From IMG/VR virus record IMGVR_UViG_3300027744_000085, positions 1 to 30,014 of that record: DNA of 30,014 nt, one strand, 5' to 3'. The notes under the pieces are model-generated. The model was given only the letters and a program-made list of their open reading frames with translations, did not search any database and was not told the origin of the DNA. This stretch comes from a virus (Duplodnaviria > Caudoviricetes). Shown here one piece after another: positions 17,474 through 27,470 of the stretch. The position numbers and the translations under genes are program-made. Numbering within the stretch: position 1 is the stretch's first letter; the number at the start of each line of letters is the position of its first letter.

Positions 17474-17615
17474 AATGATGTGCTTAGCTGTTGAGGCTTA
17501 CATCTATTCTAAGAAAGGGGTAGTAGTAAAGATAAACAGGATAGCCATTATCAGTGATAGTAGGCAGATGGAGATGCTAGCCTATGCTTATGCTTATGCC
17601 AATGGAGATAGATAG
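17460..17615 (+). CDS. Hypothetical protein between terminase genes (about 50 aa, not in ORF track)
   Basis: GTG 17460 or ATG 17475: MMCLAVEAYIYSKKGVVVKINRIAIISDSRQMEMLAYAYAYANGDR. Confidence 0.55.
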   Translation: MQRIEMMCLAVEAYIYSKKGVVVKINRIAIISDSRQMEMLAYAYAYANGDR

Positions 17616-18753
17616 TACCGTTATATTCCAAAAGAACTATGCAGCTCTCACTGATCCTGCACTAAGATTCATTATCAATGAGGGAGGCTCAAGGTCATCT
17701 AAGACCTACAGCCTTTGTCAGATGCTAATAGTCTACTGCTATCAGAATAAGAATAAGGTAGTGTCAATCATTAGAAAGACATTCCCTGCACTGAGAGCTA
17801 CAGTGATGAGGGACTTTCTAGAGATCATGAAGAGCATGGACATCTATGAGGTTAGCAATCATAACAAGTCAGAGCATATCTACTCATTCCCTAATGGATC
17901 TATAGTAGAGTTCTTCTCAGTAGATGATGAGCAGAAGATAAGAGGTAGGAAGAGGGATGTGGCATGGTGCAATGAGGCTAATGAGTTATTCTATGATGAC
18001 TTTACTCAGCTGAACATGAGAACAGAAGACAAGCTAATCTTTGACTACAATCCCTCTGAGTCATCCTCCTGGCTCTATGACCTACCAACTGAGGAGAGCA
18101 TACTGATTAAGTCTACCTACAAAGATAATCCATTCCTACCTGATAGCATTAAGAAGCAGATAGAGGACTTGAAGAGAACTGATGAGGCAATGTATCAGAT
18201 ATATGCTCTAGGGGAGAAAGCTATCTCTAAGAGTAACATCTATTCTAATTGGACTTTTATAGCTCATAGACCTGTTAAGTTTGTAAAGTATGTAATGGGC
18301 TTAGACTTTGGATACAATCACCCCACAGCTCTAGTCAGAGTCTATTACTGTGACAATGACATCTTCATTGAAAAGATTATCTATGAAAGCTACCTCACCA
18401 CTACTCAGCTCATAGAGAAGATGGATGCATTGAATGTAGATAAGCAGATAGAGATTATGGCTGACTACTCAAGACCTGAGATAATAGCCGAGATGAATAC
18501 TGCAGGGTATGATGTGCATAATGCTAACAAGGTAGTAAAGAAAGGCATAGATAACATTAAGACCTTTGGAGTATTTTGTCAGGAGGATAAGCAGATAATG
18601 AAAGAGTATGAGAACTATAAGTGGAAGAAAATTGGTGATCAGATCATGGATGAACCACAAAAAATTTGGGACGATGCCATGGATGCGATCAGGTACGCCA
18701 CCACTTACATCAGGCAGGAGTATTATACTGATGACTCTTACTATGCGTTCTAA
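17584..18753 (+). CDS. terL: Terminase large subunit (PBSX-family)
   Basis: EGGSRSSKTYS, WCNEANE, DYNP, GLDFGY, DDAMDAIRY; likely start ATG 17602. Confidence 0.95.
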   Translation: MLMLMPMEIDSTVIFQKNYAALTDPALRFIINEGGSRSSKTYSLCQMLIVYCYQNKNKVVSIIRKTFPALRATVMRDFLEIMKSMDIYEVSNHNKSEHIYSFPNGSIVEFFSVDDEQKIRGRKRDVAWCNEANELFYDDFTQLNMRTEDKLIFDYNPSESSSWLYDLPTEESILIKSTYKDNPFLPDSIKKQIEDLKRTDEAMYQIYALGEKAISKSNIYSNWTFIAHRPVKFVKYVMGLDFGYNHPTALVRVYYCDNDIFIEKIIYESYLTTTQLIEKMDALNVDKQIEIMADYSRPEIIAEMNTAGYDVHNANKVVKKGIDNIKTFGVFCQEDKQIMKEYENYKWKKIGDQIMDEPQKIWDDAMDAIRYATTYIRQEYYTDDSYYAF

Positions 18754-18782
18754 ACAAAAAGCTAACCTAATGTAATATAGTT
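18753..18782 (+). promoter_or_regulatory. Putative phage late promoter, copy 2
   Basis: AACA-N16-TAATATAGTT followed directly by ATG 18783. Confidence 0.75.
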
Positions 18783-19121
18783 ATGAGTGATACATTAAAA
18801 GAAATAGCAGATAATCTAGGAGTAGGTCTCGTTAATGGTAGCTACCTTAATGGCATAGCTCAATTCTATGGAGTGAACTTAGCTACCTCTACTGATTTAA
18901 TGAAAGATTTGCTAACTGCAGTAGGAGGTGATCCATCTACATCTACTGACTATCTCCAGGATATAGTGAAAGAGTTAGGTCAAGATACTACAGTCAATGC
19001 AAATTGGATGGAGGCATGGCTACTAGCTACTACAGGTCCTGTCTTTAGTGATGACAGAATCACTGAGATAGGAGATAGCAGATTCACTGAGGATAGTTTG
19101 TATGAAAGAGTAACACAATAA
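18783..19121 (+). CDS. Hypothetical virion protein with short internal repeats
   Basis: L..IA..LG-type units repeated about four times; RITE.GD.R.TE tail. Confidence 0.55.
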   Translation: MSDTLKEIADNLGVGLVNGSYLNGIAQFYGVNLATSTDLMKDLLTAVGGDPSTSTDYLQDIVKELGQDTTVNANWMEAWLLATTGPVFSDDRITEIGDSRFTEDSLYERVTQ

Positions 19122-19134
19122 ATAAATATATATA

Positions 19135-19836
19135 ATGGCAAATAAAAAGATTAGTCAATTAACAGCAAAGGGTACAGCATTAGCTGCTACTGACTTAGTA
19201 GAGATTAGTGAGAGTGATGGTGCAGGTGGCTATGTAACAAAGTCAGTGACAGGTGCAAACATAAAGAGTGGGCTACAAGCTACTCTAGTAAGTGCTACTA
19301 ACATTAAGACTATTAATAGCAATACTATTTTAGGTAGTGGTGACTTAGTGATAGCAGGAGGGATGAAAGTACCTGCAGTATCTAATACAGTAGGCACAAC
19401 TATTACAGGTGCTACTAATGCTATATCAGATTCATTCTTATTACCTGCTAATACTTTTAGTAGTAACTGTGTATTTGAGTTACAATGGATGCCATCTAGA
19501 ATTGCAGGCACAGGTACAGCAGTACAGGGATTAGTTTATATCAATAGTACTAACTCACTTACAGGAGCTACTCTATTTGCTACAGGAGTTAATATGTTAT
19601 TAACAGGAATATCAACTGTAAGATGTGTAAGGTGGGTATCTATAAGAAGTAATATAGGTAGTTTAGCCGTAACATCAGGTCAGCAATCTTCTGATTTTAC
19701 TAGTATTTTACCAACAGAAAACTTACCATTTAATAACACATCAGATATATATTTTCTATTTGTTATGAATAATGTAGGAGGTGCTACGCTACAATCTCGT
19801 AATGTAGGATATAAATTAGTAGGATATAACTTATAA
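19135..19836 (+). CDS. Fibre / receptor-binding-like virion protein
   Basis: MANKKISQL N-terminus, NIKTIN...ILGSGDL fibre motif, Thr/Gly/Ser-rich. Confidence 0.6.
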   Translation: MANKKISQLTAKGTALAATDLVEISESDGAGGYVTKSVTGANIKSGLQATLVSATNIKTINSNTILGSGDLVIAGGMKVPAVSNTVGTTITGATNAISDSFLLPANTFSSNCVFELQWMPSRIAGTGTAVQGLVYINSTNSLTGATLFATGVNMLLTGISTVRCVRWVSIRSNIGSLAVTSGQQSSDFTSILPTENLPFNNTSDIYFLFVMNNVGGATLQSRNVGYKLVGYNL

Positions 19837-19846
19837 TAATAAAGCA

Positions 19847-20071
19847 ATGAGCAATATAAAAACAAGCAAGGGTAAAATAACCTTTAATAAGACAGAGTAT
19901 GTATTACAGAACTTTACTAATGATTCAGGTGAGTCAGTTAGCTATGCTCTAGTATCAGATAGTCAAGTGCATATAGGAACTGATAAAGGGATTATATTAT
20001 TTGACCTGTCATGCACTATTAACAAAGAGACATTTACAGACATTAATTTATTTACTGCAGCACTTTACTAA
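19847..20071 (+). CDS. Hypothetical protein
   Basis: 74 aa ORF after the fibre-like gene. Confidence 0.55.
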   Translation: MSNIKTSKGKITFNKTEYVLQNFTNDSGESVSYALVSDSQVHIGTDKGIILFDLSCTINKETFTDINLFTAALY

Positions 20072-20083
20072 CACCTAGATAAG

Positions 20084-21484
20084 ATGCCTAGTACTACTAT
20101 AATAGCACAGCCTCAAGTACTGATGCCTGCTTATAATCCTATTAAGTATATCATAGATAATGCTGATAACAATGCTCCTGGCTTTAGGTACATCTTTACT
20201 ATCTATCCTGCAGGTTCAGCTACTCAGATAGCTCAGTATAAGACTCTGCCTGTATATGGCACAGGGTATGGTGAGCAGGATATAAGTAAGCTGATGCAAT
20301 CATTGGTGAGATGGAACTTTACATCTGGTCAAGTGAATGAATCATGGTATCAATATGATATAGAGTTTGGCTATGAGTTTACTAGTAATATTATCTATAC
20401 TAATTCACTTGTAGAAAGTGGAGGAGGAGATGTAGAGATACAATACAATGCTCATGGTTTTGTGCTAGGTGATCAGATTAGTATTACTCAGGCAGCAGGA
20501 GGTATAGCTGCTAATCCTACAGTAGAGGGATTGCATACTGTTATCTTTGTTAGTGCTAACCTATTTGTTATAAATGCTAGATGGGATACTGTTACTGATG
20601 ACACTATCAATGGCACTGTTACCTATGCAGATTTAAGAAAGACTCAGGTATTAGATGATGAGATTATAGAGGACCAAGAGGTATTCAATGGAGCTTATAG
20701 CTTAGGCATCTATGCTCAGGGATCATTCCCATCTACAGAATATTATGGCTTATTTAATCCTAGCTATGCACTTACATCTCTCTCGAATCCTAACACCTCA
20801 TCTACTGCAGCTGCTTTTGTAGCAGATAGTGGGTTTATTTATTATCTAATGTGTAGGGTATATAATGGAGTGGCTTATACATTAAGTTATTATAATACTG
20901 CTAATGATGGATTATTTCTAGGACCGTTCTCTCATACACCTGCAGATGGTTTATATAATTTTACAGTAGATCCAAATACTCAACCTAATCAAGATTACTA
21001 TGTAGAGATAGTAGGAGATAATGGCTCTGAATTTAGATACTACTTTCAGTATGACAATAGATGTGCTATCAATGAAGATGCACTATACTACCTAGATAGA
21101 ATGGGATCATGGCAGCACTTTGCATTTCAACTTAAGACCTATGAGAAAGGGCAGATTACTAGAGAGATGTATAATCAGCACGTTGATGGTTATGTATCAG
21201 GTGCTGATGAATGGATATATAACCCTGATGCTATAGGTAACAGAACACTGAACACTAATGTATCTAATACCTTAGAATTGAATACTAATTGGATGGACCA
21301 ATACAATGCTGATAGATTCCAGGAGCTACTGACATCGCCTCAAGTATTCTACCACAATGGTACAGATACTAGAGCTTGCACTATAGATGCTACATCTTTT
21401 GAGAACTTTAGACAGCGAAATAAGAATCTAATTAAGCAATCAGTAACTATTAAGCTAGCACTTAATACTCCTATCAATGGTTAG
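20084..21484 (+). CDS. Tail/baseplate structural protein
   Basis: PAYNPI start, YLDRMGSW..F.F and LNTNW......FQELLTSPQVF motifs; position in tail module. Confidence 0.6.
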   Translation: MPSTTIIAQPQVLMPAYNPIKYIIDNADNNAPGFRYIFTIYPAGSATQIAQYKTLPVYGTGYGEQDISKLMQSLVRWNFTSGQVNESWYQYDIEFGYEFTSNIIYTNSLVESGGGDVEIQYNAHGFVLGDQISITQAAGGIAANPTVEGLHTVIFVSANLFVINARWDTVTDDTINGTVTYADLRKTQVLDDEIIEDQEVFNGAYSLGIYAQGSFPSTEYYGLFNPSYALTSLSNPNTSSTAAAFVADSGFIYYLMCRVYNGVAYTLSYYNTANDGLFLGPFSHTPADGLYNFTVDPNTQPNQDYYVEIVGDNGSEFRYYFQYDNRCAINEDALYYLDRMGSWQHFAFQLKTYEKGQITREMYNQHVDGYVSGADEWIYNPDAIGNRTLNTNVSNTLELNTNWMDQYNADRFQELLTSPQVFYHNGTDTRACTIDATSFENFRQRNKNLIKQSVTIKLALNTPING

Positions 21485-23714
21485 GATACAACTTAACACA
21501 GGATACCTAGATGTCAAAGAGGGTACATCATTCCCTCTTAACTTTAGCATTGGAGATATCAGGGATATATCTAAGAGAACAGGTAACTTTAGTAAGACCA
21601 TTACTTTAGTAGGTAATAGCAATAACGATAGACTGCTCAATCATTACTATGATGTAAACATACAAGCTGGCACTTTTAATATTAATCAGCTCACTAGCTG
21701 TGATGTTATTCAGGATGGTATACCTGTTATGACAAACGCAACTCTTCAGCTCATAAACATTAAGAAGTCACAGCTCACCTCAGCCTATGAGCAGATGGTG
21801 GAGTATGAGGTATTGATTAAAGAGAATAGAGGTACATTCTTTACTGACATCTCTAATAAGTATTTGAATGATATAGATTTCTCAGACTTAGATCATGCAG
21901 TAGATGCTGATGTAGTGATTGATACCTTTGATAATGTTTTAGCAGATGGCTATAAGTATGTGATGCCATTTAACATAAACGATCAGTATCAGCTAAATTG
22001 GTTTAAGCCTGCTATCTATGCTCAAACTTACTTTGATAGAATCTTTGCTACAGCAGGATATACTTATACTTGGGATGGACTAGAAGCTGCGAACTTTGAT
22101 AAGCTACTGATACCATACAATGGTGATCAGAATGTAGTGGATTGGACTGATTATAAAGTAGTGGCAGAGAAAGCAGCGTTTAGTGAATTAAAGACTCAGG
22201 ATATACTTAGCACAGCAAATTGGACTTCTTTGACTCAGTATCCTATGGAGGCTAGAGATTTAACTACAGGATTTACTGAGATATTAGATCCTTCTAATAA
22301 ATTTAATCCTGCTAATGGTCAGTACACTACTCCTCAATGGGTAGGTACAGGCTCAGGGCAGTCTTATGTATATGAGGTATCAATGGCAGGTGAACTATCT
22401 TTAAATTTCAATACATCAGTAAGATTATCTCCTGATGGAACTGCTGCCTATAGAGTTTTTTTAAGAGTAAGAGTAGGAGATGGTTTAAATGCAAAATGTT
22501 ATTTACCTGATTTAATTTATAGTGATGATGTTAATTATTTTGCAACTCCTACAGTAATATCATTAGGCACATTTAATCAGATATTTACCTTTAATGCTAC
22601 AACTGATGGTTCATCATCAGGAGGGATAGATATAAATGATATACAGATAATGCAGATAGGAGTAGATGTAGTTAATACTTTTGTTCAAGGAGAAGTAGTT
22701 AATACTTTTGTTTATTGGCAGCCAGGCACTACTACTACTCCTCAGACTCCTAATATAGATTTAGATATTACTAGTTTTGATGTAACTATCAGACCATCTG
22801 ATAACATGCCATTAGACAGTGGTATTACTACTATGAACACCTTTATCCCTGAGAAGATTAAGCAGTCAGATTTTATTAAGAGCATCTTTATGATGTATAA
22901 TATTTATGCTACTGGTGATCCTGATAGTCAGACTAACTTAATCCTAATCAGTAGAGATGAGTACTATGATTCAGGTAAGGCTGTAGATTGGACTAACAAG
23001 CTGATGAAAGATAAGGAGCAATCTATGATTTTTATCCCTGAGCTTAGCAATAAGAAGTTAAGACTAACATATAAGGCAGATACTGACTCACCTAATACAA
23101 TCTATACAGGAATCACTAATGAGATATATGGACAAGTAGAGGTAACCTTTGATAATGAGTATGTGAAAGGTATAGATGTCAAAGAGCTTATCTTCTCACC
23201 TACACCTGTACAGCCTACAGTATTCGGTGCATTCCTACCATTACTAAATGGTGCAGCACCTAAGGTTAACATAAGGATATTATATGATAATGGTGAGCTG
23301 ACTGCTCAGTGGGCTATAATTAATTCAGGGTATAATATACAAACATCTACAGATGGAAAATATCCCTACCTCTCACACTTTGGAGGAGCTGATCCATTTA
23401 GACCTGTGTCAGATATTAACTTTGCCACTGCACAATACTACTACTATCAAGTAGCTCAGAACACTGATAACAATCTTTACAATAGATATTGGAGAAGAAC
23501 AGTAGCACAGATAAATGGAGGTAAGCTATTGACTGCCTACTTTCTACTCAATGAGGTAGACATCCAACTAATGGAGCTGAATGATAAGATAAGGATAGAC
23601 AATAGTTGGTGGAGTATTAATAAAGTAATAGATTACAATGCTAATGACTTAGTGCCTACTAAGGTAGAATTGATTAGCTTAGAGACTGAAATAGATTTAC
23701 CTAACTTTGGATAG
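21477..23714 (+). CDS. Large tail tip/hub protein
   Basis: 745 aa; DIRDISKR...FSKTI.L, KQSDFIKSI..MYN, NLYNRYWR; upstream of tape measure. Confidence 0.65.
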   Translation: MVRIQLNTGYLDVKEGTSFPLNFSIGDIRDISKRTGNFSKTITLVGNSNNDRLLNHYYDVNIQAGTFNINQLTSCDVIQDGIPVMTNATLQLINIKKSQLTSAYEQMVEYEVLIKENRGTFFTDISNKYLNDIDFSDLDHAVDADVVIDTFDNVLADGYKYVMPFNINDQYQLNWFKPAIYAQTYFDRIFATAGYTYTWDGLEAANFDKLLIPYNGDQNVVDWTDYKVVAEKAAFSELKTQDILSTANWTSLTQYPMEARDLTTGFTEILDPSNKFNPANGQYTTPQWVGTGSGQSYVYEVSMAGELSLNFNTSVRLSPDGTAAYRVFLRVRVGDGLNAKCYLPDLIYSDDVNYFATPTVISLGTFNQIFTFNATTDGSSSGGIDINDIQIMQIGVDVVNTFVQGEVVNTFVYWQPGTTTTPQTPNIDLDITSFDVTIRPSDNMPLDSGITTMNTFIPEKIKQSDFIKSIFMMYNIYATGDPDSQTNLILISRDEYYDSGKAVDWTNKLMKDKEQSMIFIPELSNKKLRLTYKADTDSPNTIYTGITNEIYGQVEVTFDNEYVKGIDVKELIFSPTPVQPTVFGAFLPLLNGAAPKVNIRILYDNGELTAQWAIINSGYNIQTSTDGKYPYLSHFGGADPFRPVSDINFATAQYYYYQVAQNTDNNLYNRYWRRTVAQINGGKLLTAYFLLNEVDIQLMELNDKIRIDNSWWSINKVIDYNANDLVPTKVELISLETEIDLPNFG

Positions 23715-23716
23715 AT

Positions 23717-24283
23717 ATGGCAATAAATAAAGGACCAGGTAATGGTGAGCAGATTGTAAGTATAATGCAAGGGTATAATACTAAGACCAATGTAACTACT
23801 GACAATCATAATTCTATTATATTAGGCTCAGGTAATGTGATAGGAGATAGACTTAATGCTTTAATAGTAGGTAATGGTCTAAGTCTAGAGAATGATGGAA
23901 TAGCTACTACTAATCTTACAGTGACTAGCACTATAAATGGTAGACCTGCGAATGATATGCTACGCAACTATCAGAGATACATAGCTTTGATTACTCAGAC
24001 ATCTACTAATGCACCTACAGTCATAGAGCTAGAGAATACTATAGGACCAATAGTTTGGACTAGGTCAGCAGTAGGTGTATATAATGGTACATTAACAGGA
24101 GCTTTTACTTTAAATAAAACTTATGCTATGGCTAGTCAATTAGTTGCAAATGCTATAGTTTTGATAAGACAAAAAACTACAAGTATTATAGAGATTACAA
24201 CTACTAACCTACATAGCCCTAATGCAGTCGAACATGATGCACACTTAACTAATAACACAATAGAAATCAGAGTATATGAATGA
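23717..24283 (+). CDS. Tail-associated structural protein
   Basis: Y.ALITQT...AP....LENTIG, ends IEIRVY. Confidence 0.55.
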   Translation: MAINKGPGNGEQIVSIMQGYNTKTNVTTDNHNSIILGSGNVIGDRLNALIVGNGLSLENDGIATTNLTVTSTINGRPANDMLRNYQRYIALITQTSTNAPTVIELENTIGPIVWTRSAVGVYNGTLTGAFTLNKTYAMASQLVANAIVLIRQKTTSIIEITTTNLHSPNAVEHDAHLTNNTIEIRVYE

Positions 24284-26330
24284 AGTAGTAATACCACTTA
24301 AGATACAAGGCATAGCTCAGATGAAAGCTGAGTTAAGAGAATTGAAAGGATCTATAGCTAGTGCTACTGATCCTGCACAAATGGCTGCACTTGCTCAACA
24401 AGCAGGAGTACTCAGTGATAGAATTAAGGATGCTAATGATGCAGTTGCTGTATTTGCATCAGGCTCTAAATTTGAACAGGTAAGCAATGGATTAGGAGGG
24501 ATTAAAGACTCATTGATGTCATTGGACTTTGAGGAGGCAGCAGAGAAGTCTAAGACTTTTGCTACTGCTTTGGGTGGTATTAATAAGACTGATATTACTA
24601 AGTCATTAAAAGGCATGAGTGAGACTGCAGGAACTTTAGGTAAAGCATTCCTAAAACTAGGAGCTCAGATATTAATCAATCCTATATTCTACATTCCTAT
24701 TATAATAGCTGCTATTGTGGCTGCTATAGTTTTAGTACTTAAATCTTTTGGATTATTAGATGATGTAATGAAAGCACTAATGGCACCTATTAATGCTTTG
24801 ATTCAGGGATTCAAATCCATGACTGATTGGTTAGGTCTTACAACTTATGCAGCTGAAGATAATGCAGAGAAATCAGCAGCAGCTAATAAAAAAGTAAGTG
24901 AATCATCTAAGTTAAGAGAGGCTCAGGTAGTAGGAGATTTGGGTAGAGAGATTGCTGAGCTTAAAGCTGCAGGAATAGAAACTGCTAAGCAAGAGGAGGA
25001 AGTAAGTAACACTAAAATAAAAGAGGCTAATATAAGAAAAAAACAAGCTAAAAAAGAACAAGATGACATTAAAGATTTAGATGGTAAATTTTATGATGAT
25101 AAAAGATTAGAATTAAAAAAGCAAGTAGATGCAGAGAATGAAATAATAAAGCAAGCTAATAGTGATAAAGTTGTAGCTAAAAACTCTGCCAATAAAAAAG
25201 AACTAGATGACTTAGCTGCTGACAATAAAGAAGCTGCTGCTAAACAAAAGGCAGCTAATGAGAAATATGCAGCTGCAGATAAAGCATCAATGCAACAAAT
25301 TGCAGAAGCTAGAAAGATAGTAACTGATTCTACTAAGACTGCTCAGCAGATTGAGCTAGATGATTTAAAGGCTGCCTATGCTATTAAGATAGCTGAAGCT
25401 AATAAATATAAGAATGATACTACTGCATTAGTAGATGGTCAAAAGATACAAGAGGCTGCTATTAATAAAAAGTATGCAGATGCTGCTAAGGCTATTACAG
25501 ATGCAGATAATCTAAAGAGAATAGCTGATGAGGATGCAGTATTCTTAGAGACTCAAAGATTGCTATTAAATGATACTGAATTTAAAAAGTTACAAGCTAC
25601 TCAAGCAGCAGAGGCTAAGATGAATCAGTTTAGTTCTAATGCTGAAATAGTAAAAGGATTAGAGAAAGAGCTAGCTCAACAGATTATAGATATTGATAAA
25701 GATGCACAGGAAAAAAAGACTGCAAAACTTAAAGAGGAAAAGGATAAGCAGGATAAAATTATTGAGGAATCAAGACAGAAAGAAATAGCTACTATAAAAG
25801 GAGGATTAGATACAGCAACTGATGCACTTAATTCTATTAATTCTTTGGCATCCATAGGAATGGAGGCTAAACTTAAAGGAGTTAAGAAAGGTAGTAAAGA
25901 AGAAGAGAAGATATTGAGAGCTCAATTCAAACAACAAAAAGCTATGCAGTTAGCAATGGCTGCAATCAATGGAGCTCAAGCTATTCTAGCTATATTGACT
26001 GTACCTGACTTTACTTTAGGAGTAGCATCAGCAATAAGGATAGGAGCAGCAGTAACAGCAACTGCAGCAAGTATTGCTACTATTGCAGGCACTCAGTTTG
26101 GAGGTGGTGCATCAGCCCCTGCAACACCTGATGTAGGAGGAGCAGGTACATCCACCACAGCAGTAGCACCAGCAGCAGGTCCTCAGCTATTTGGTCAAGC
26201 AAATACAGGTAGTCAAGTGAATGCAGGAGGTGGCTCTAATAACATAACAGTAACAGCAGTAGTATCTGAGACTGAGATAACATCATCACAGAATCATATT
26301 AATAACATACAAAATAATTCAGTATTATGA
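24276..26330 (+). CDS. Tape measure protein
   Basis: 684 aa, Ala/Lys/Glu-rich coiled coil with two hydrophobic segments. Confidence 0.85.
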   Translation: MNEVVIPLKIQGIAQMKAELRELKGSIASATDPAQMAALAQQAGVLSDRIKDANDAVAVFASGSKFEQVSNGLGGIKDSLMSLDFEEAAEKSKTFATALGGINKTDITKSLKGMSETAGTLGKAFLKLGAQILINPIFYIPIIIAAIVAAIVLVLKSFGLLDDVMKALMAPINALIQGFKSMTDWLGLTTYAAEDNAEKSAAANKKVSESSKLREAQVVGDLGREIAELKAAGIETAKQEEEVSNTKIKEANIRKKQAKKEQDDIKDLDGKFYDDKRLELKKQVDAENEIIKQANSDKVVAKNSANKKELDDLAADNKEAAAKQKAANEKYAAADKASMQQIAEARKIVTDSTKTAQQIELDDLKAAYAIKIAEANKYKNDTTALVDGQKIQEAAINKKYADAAKAITDADNLKRIADEDAVFLETQRLLLNDTEFKKLQATQAAEAKMNQFSSNAEIVKGLEKELAQQIIDIDKDAQEKKTAKLKEEKDKQDKIIEESRQKEIATIKGGLDTATDALNSINSLASIGMEAKLKGVKKGSKEEEKILRAQFKQQKAMQLAMAAINGAQAILAILTVPDFTLGVASAIRIGAAVTATAASIATIAGTQFGGGASAPATPDVGGAGTSTTAVAPAAGPQLFGQANTGSQVNAGGGSNNITVTAVVSETEITSSQNHINNIQNNSVL

Positions 26331-27046
26331 TAAGCTATCAATCCATAGTAGATAAGATTACTGCTTTCTATGACAATCATGCACAGGTAGAAAAGGTAGG
26401 CTCAGACTTTAAAGAGCAAATGGTAAACTTTGCTACTAAAGATGAGAAGTATCCACTAGTCTATGTAGTTCCTACAGGAGTTACTCCCTATGAGAATGTA
26501 ACTATCTTTACAATAGAGCTGTATTGCTTTGATATTATTCAGATGGATAGAGCTAACATCACTACTATTTTAAGTGATACTCAGCAGATACTCCAGGACC
26601 TTTATTTAGAGTTTACATTCTCAGATGACTATGACTTTGATATAGATGGACAGCCTACATTCATACCATTGAATAATGATCTATTAGACTATGCTGCAGG
26701 ATGGCAGATGAATCTTTCAGTAGTGATTCCATCATGGACTAACTGTCCTATCCCTAAAAAAATATATACAGCTTATAGTCAGGTGATAGATCCTGATGTT
26801 TTTGTTTCAAACAGTATAGCTTTCTTTTGTAATGGTGTACAGTGGGATGTTCAGACAGGGGTATCATCAGGTGAAATAGGTGCATTTGTAGCTATGTGTA
26901 ATGCTAATGCTCAAGGCTCTGACTTTACTCAATACGGTACATACTTTGACAATGGAGATAACAGGGTGAGACTAGAGATGCCTTATCATGTATACAATAC
27001 TTTTTGTCCTAATGGAGAAGTGACTTTACAAATAGAACAAATTTAA
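26327..27046 (+). CDS. Tail terminator-like protein with C-terminal extension
   Basis: KYPLVYV, ILSDT.QIL.D, AGW.M.L.V...C.IP, then about 95 extra aa. Confidence 0.5.
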   Translation: MISYQSIVDKITAFYDNHAQVEKVGSDFKEQMVNFATKDEKYPLVYVVPTGVTPYENVTIFTIELYCFDIIQMDRANITTILSDTQQILQDLYLEFTFSDDYDFDIDGQPTFIPLNNDLLDYAAGWQMNLSVVIPSWTNCPIPKKIYTAYSQVIDPDVFVSNSIAFFCNGVQWDVQTGVSSGEIGAFVAMCNANAQGSDFTQYGTYFDNGDNRVRLEMPYHVYNTFCPNGEVTLQIEQI

Positions 27047-27065
27047 TACTTAGTATAATATAGTT
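27036..27065 (+). promoter_or_regulatory. Putative phage late promoter, copy 3
   Basis: AACA-N16-TAATATAGTT followed directly by ATG 27066. Confidence 0.75.
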
Positions 27066-27470
27066 ATGGCATATAACATTAAATATAAGATGAGAAATAG
27101 GATGGCTAACATCCTTAAGAAAGTTATTAGACAAAATGGATTAGTAGATACAGGTACTCTAGTAGACTCAGTACGAATAAATGCAGAGATTACAGATAAG
27201 TCAAATCTTAGAATACAAATTCTTGCAGCTTATTACTTTGGATTCCTTAATAATGGTACTATTAGTATAGCACCTTATGATCTAGTCTATAAATTTAATG
27301 TAGCATTATATGATGCAGATATCTACTCTGAAATCTTTGCAGATTATACAGAATACTTACTCAATACTTATCCTATCTTAGATGCTGTTAATATAGTAGA
27401 AAGAGGACAGGATGTATTCTTTGATTTCTTACCTTTATTCGGAGACTTTACAGGTACACTAGATTACTAG
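27066..27470 (+). CDS. Tail completion/neck protein (HK97 gp10-like)
   Basis: VDTGTLVDSV and YFGFLNNGT motifs. Confidence 0.55.
   Translation: MAYNIKYKMRNRMANILKKVIRQNGLVDTGTLVDSVRINAEITDKSNLRIQILAAYYFGFLNNGTISIAPYDLVYKFNVALYDADIYSEIFADYTEYLLNTYPILDAVNIVERGQDVFFDFLPLFGDFTGTLDY

Noticed and set aside
2572-27396. Other internal TAATATAG hits (about 2572, 19650, 22751, 27389)
   Set aside because: Lack upstream AAC at the conserved spacing and are not next to start codons
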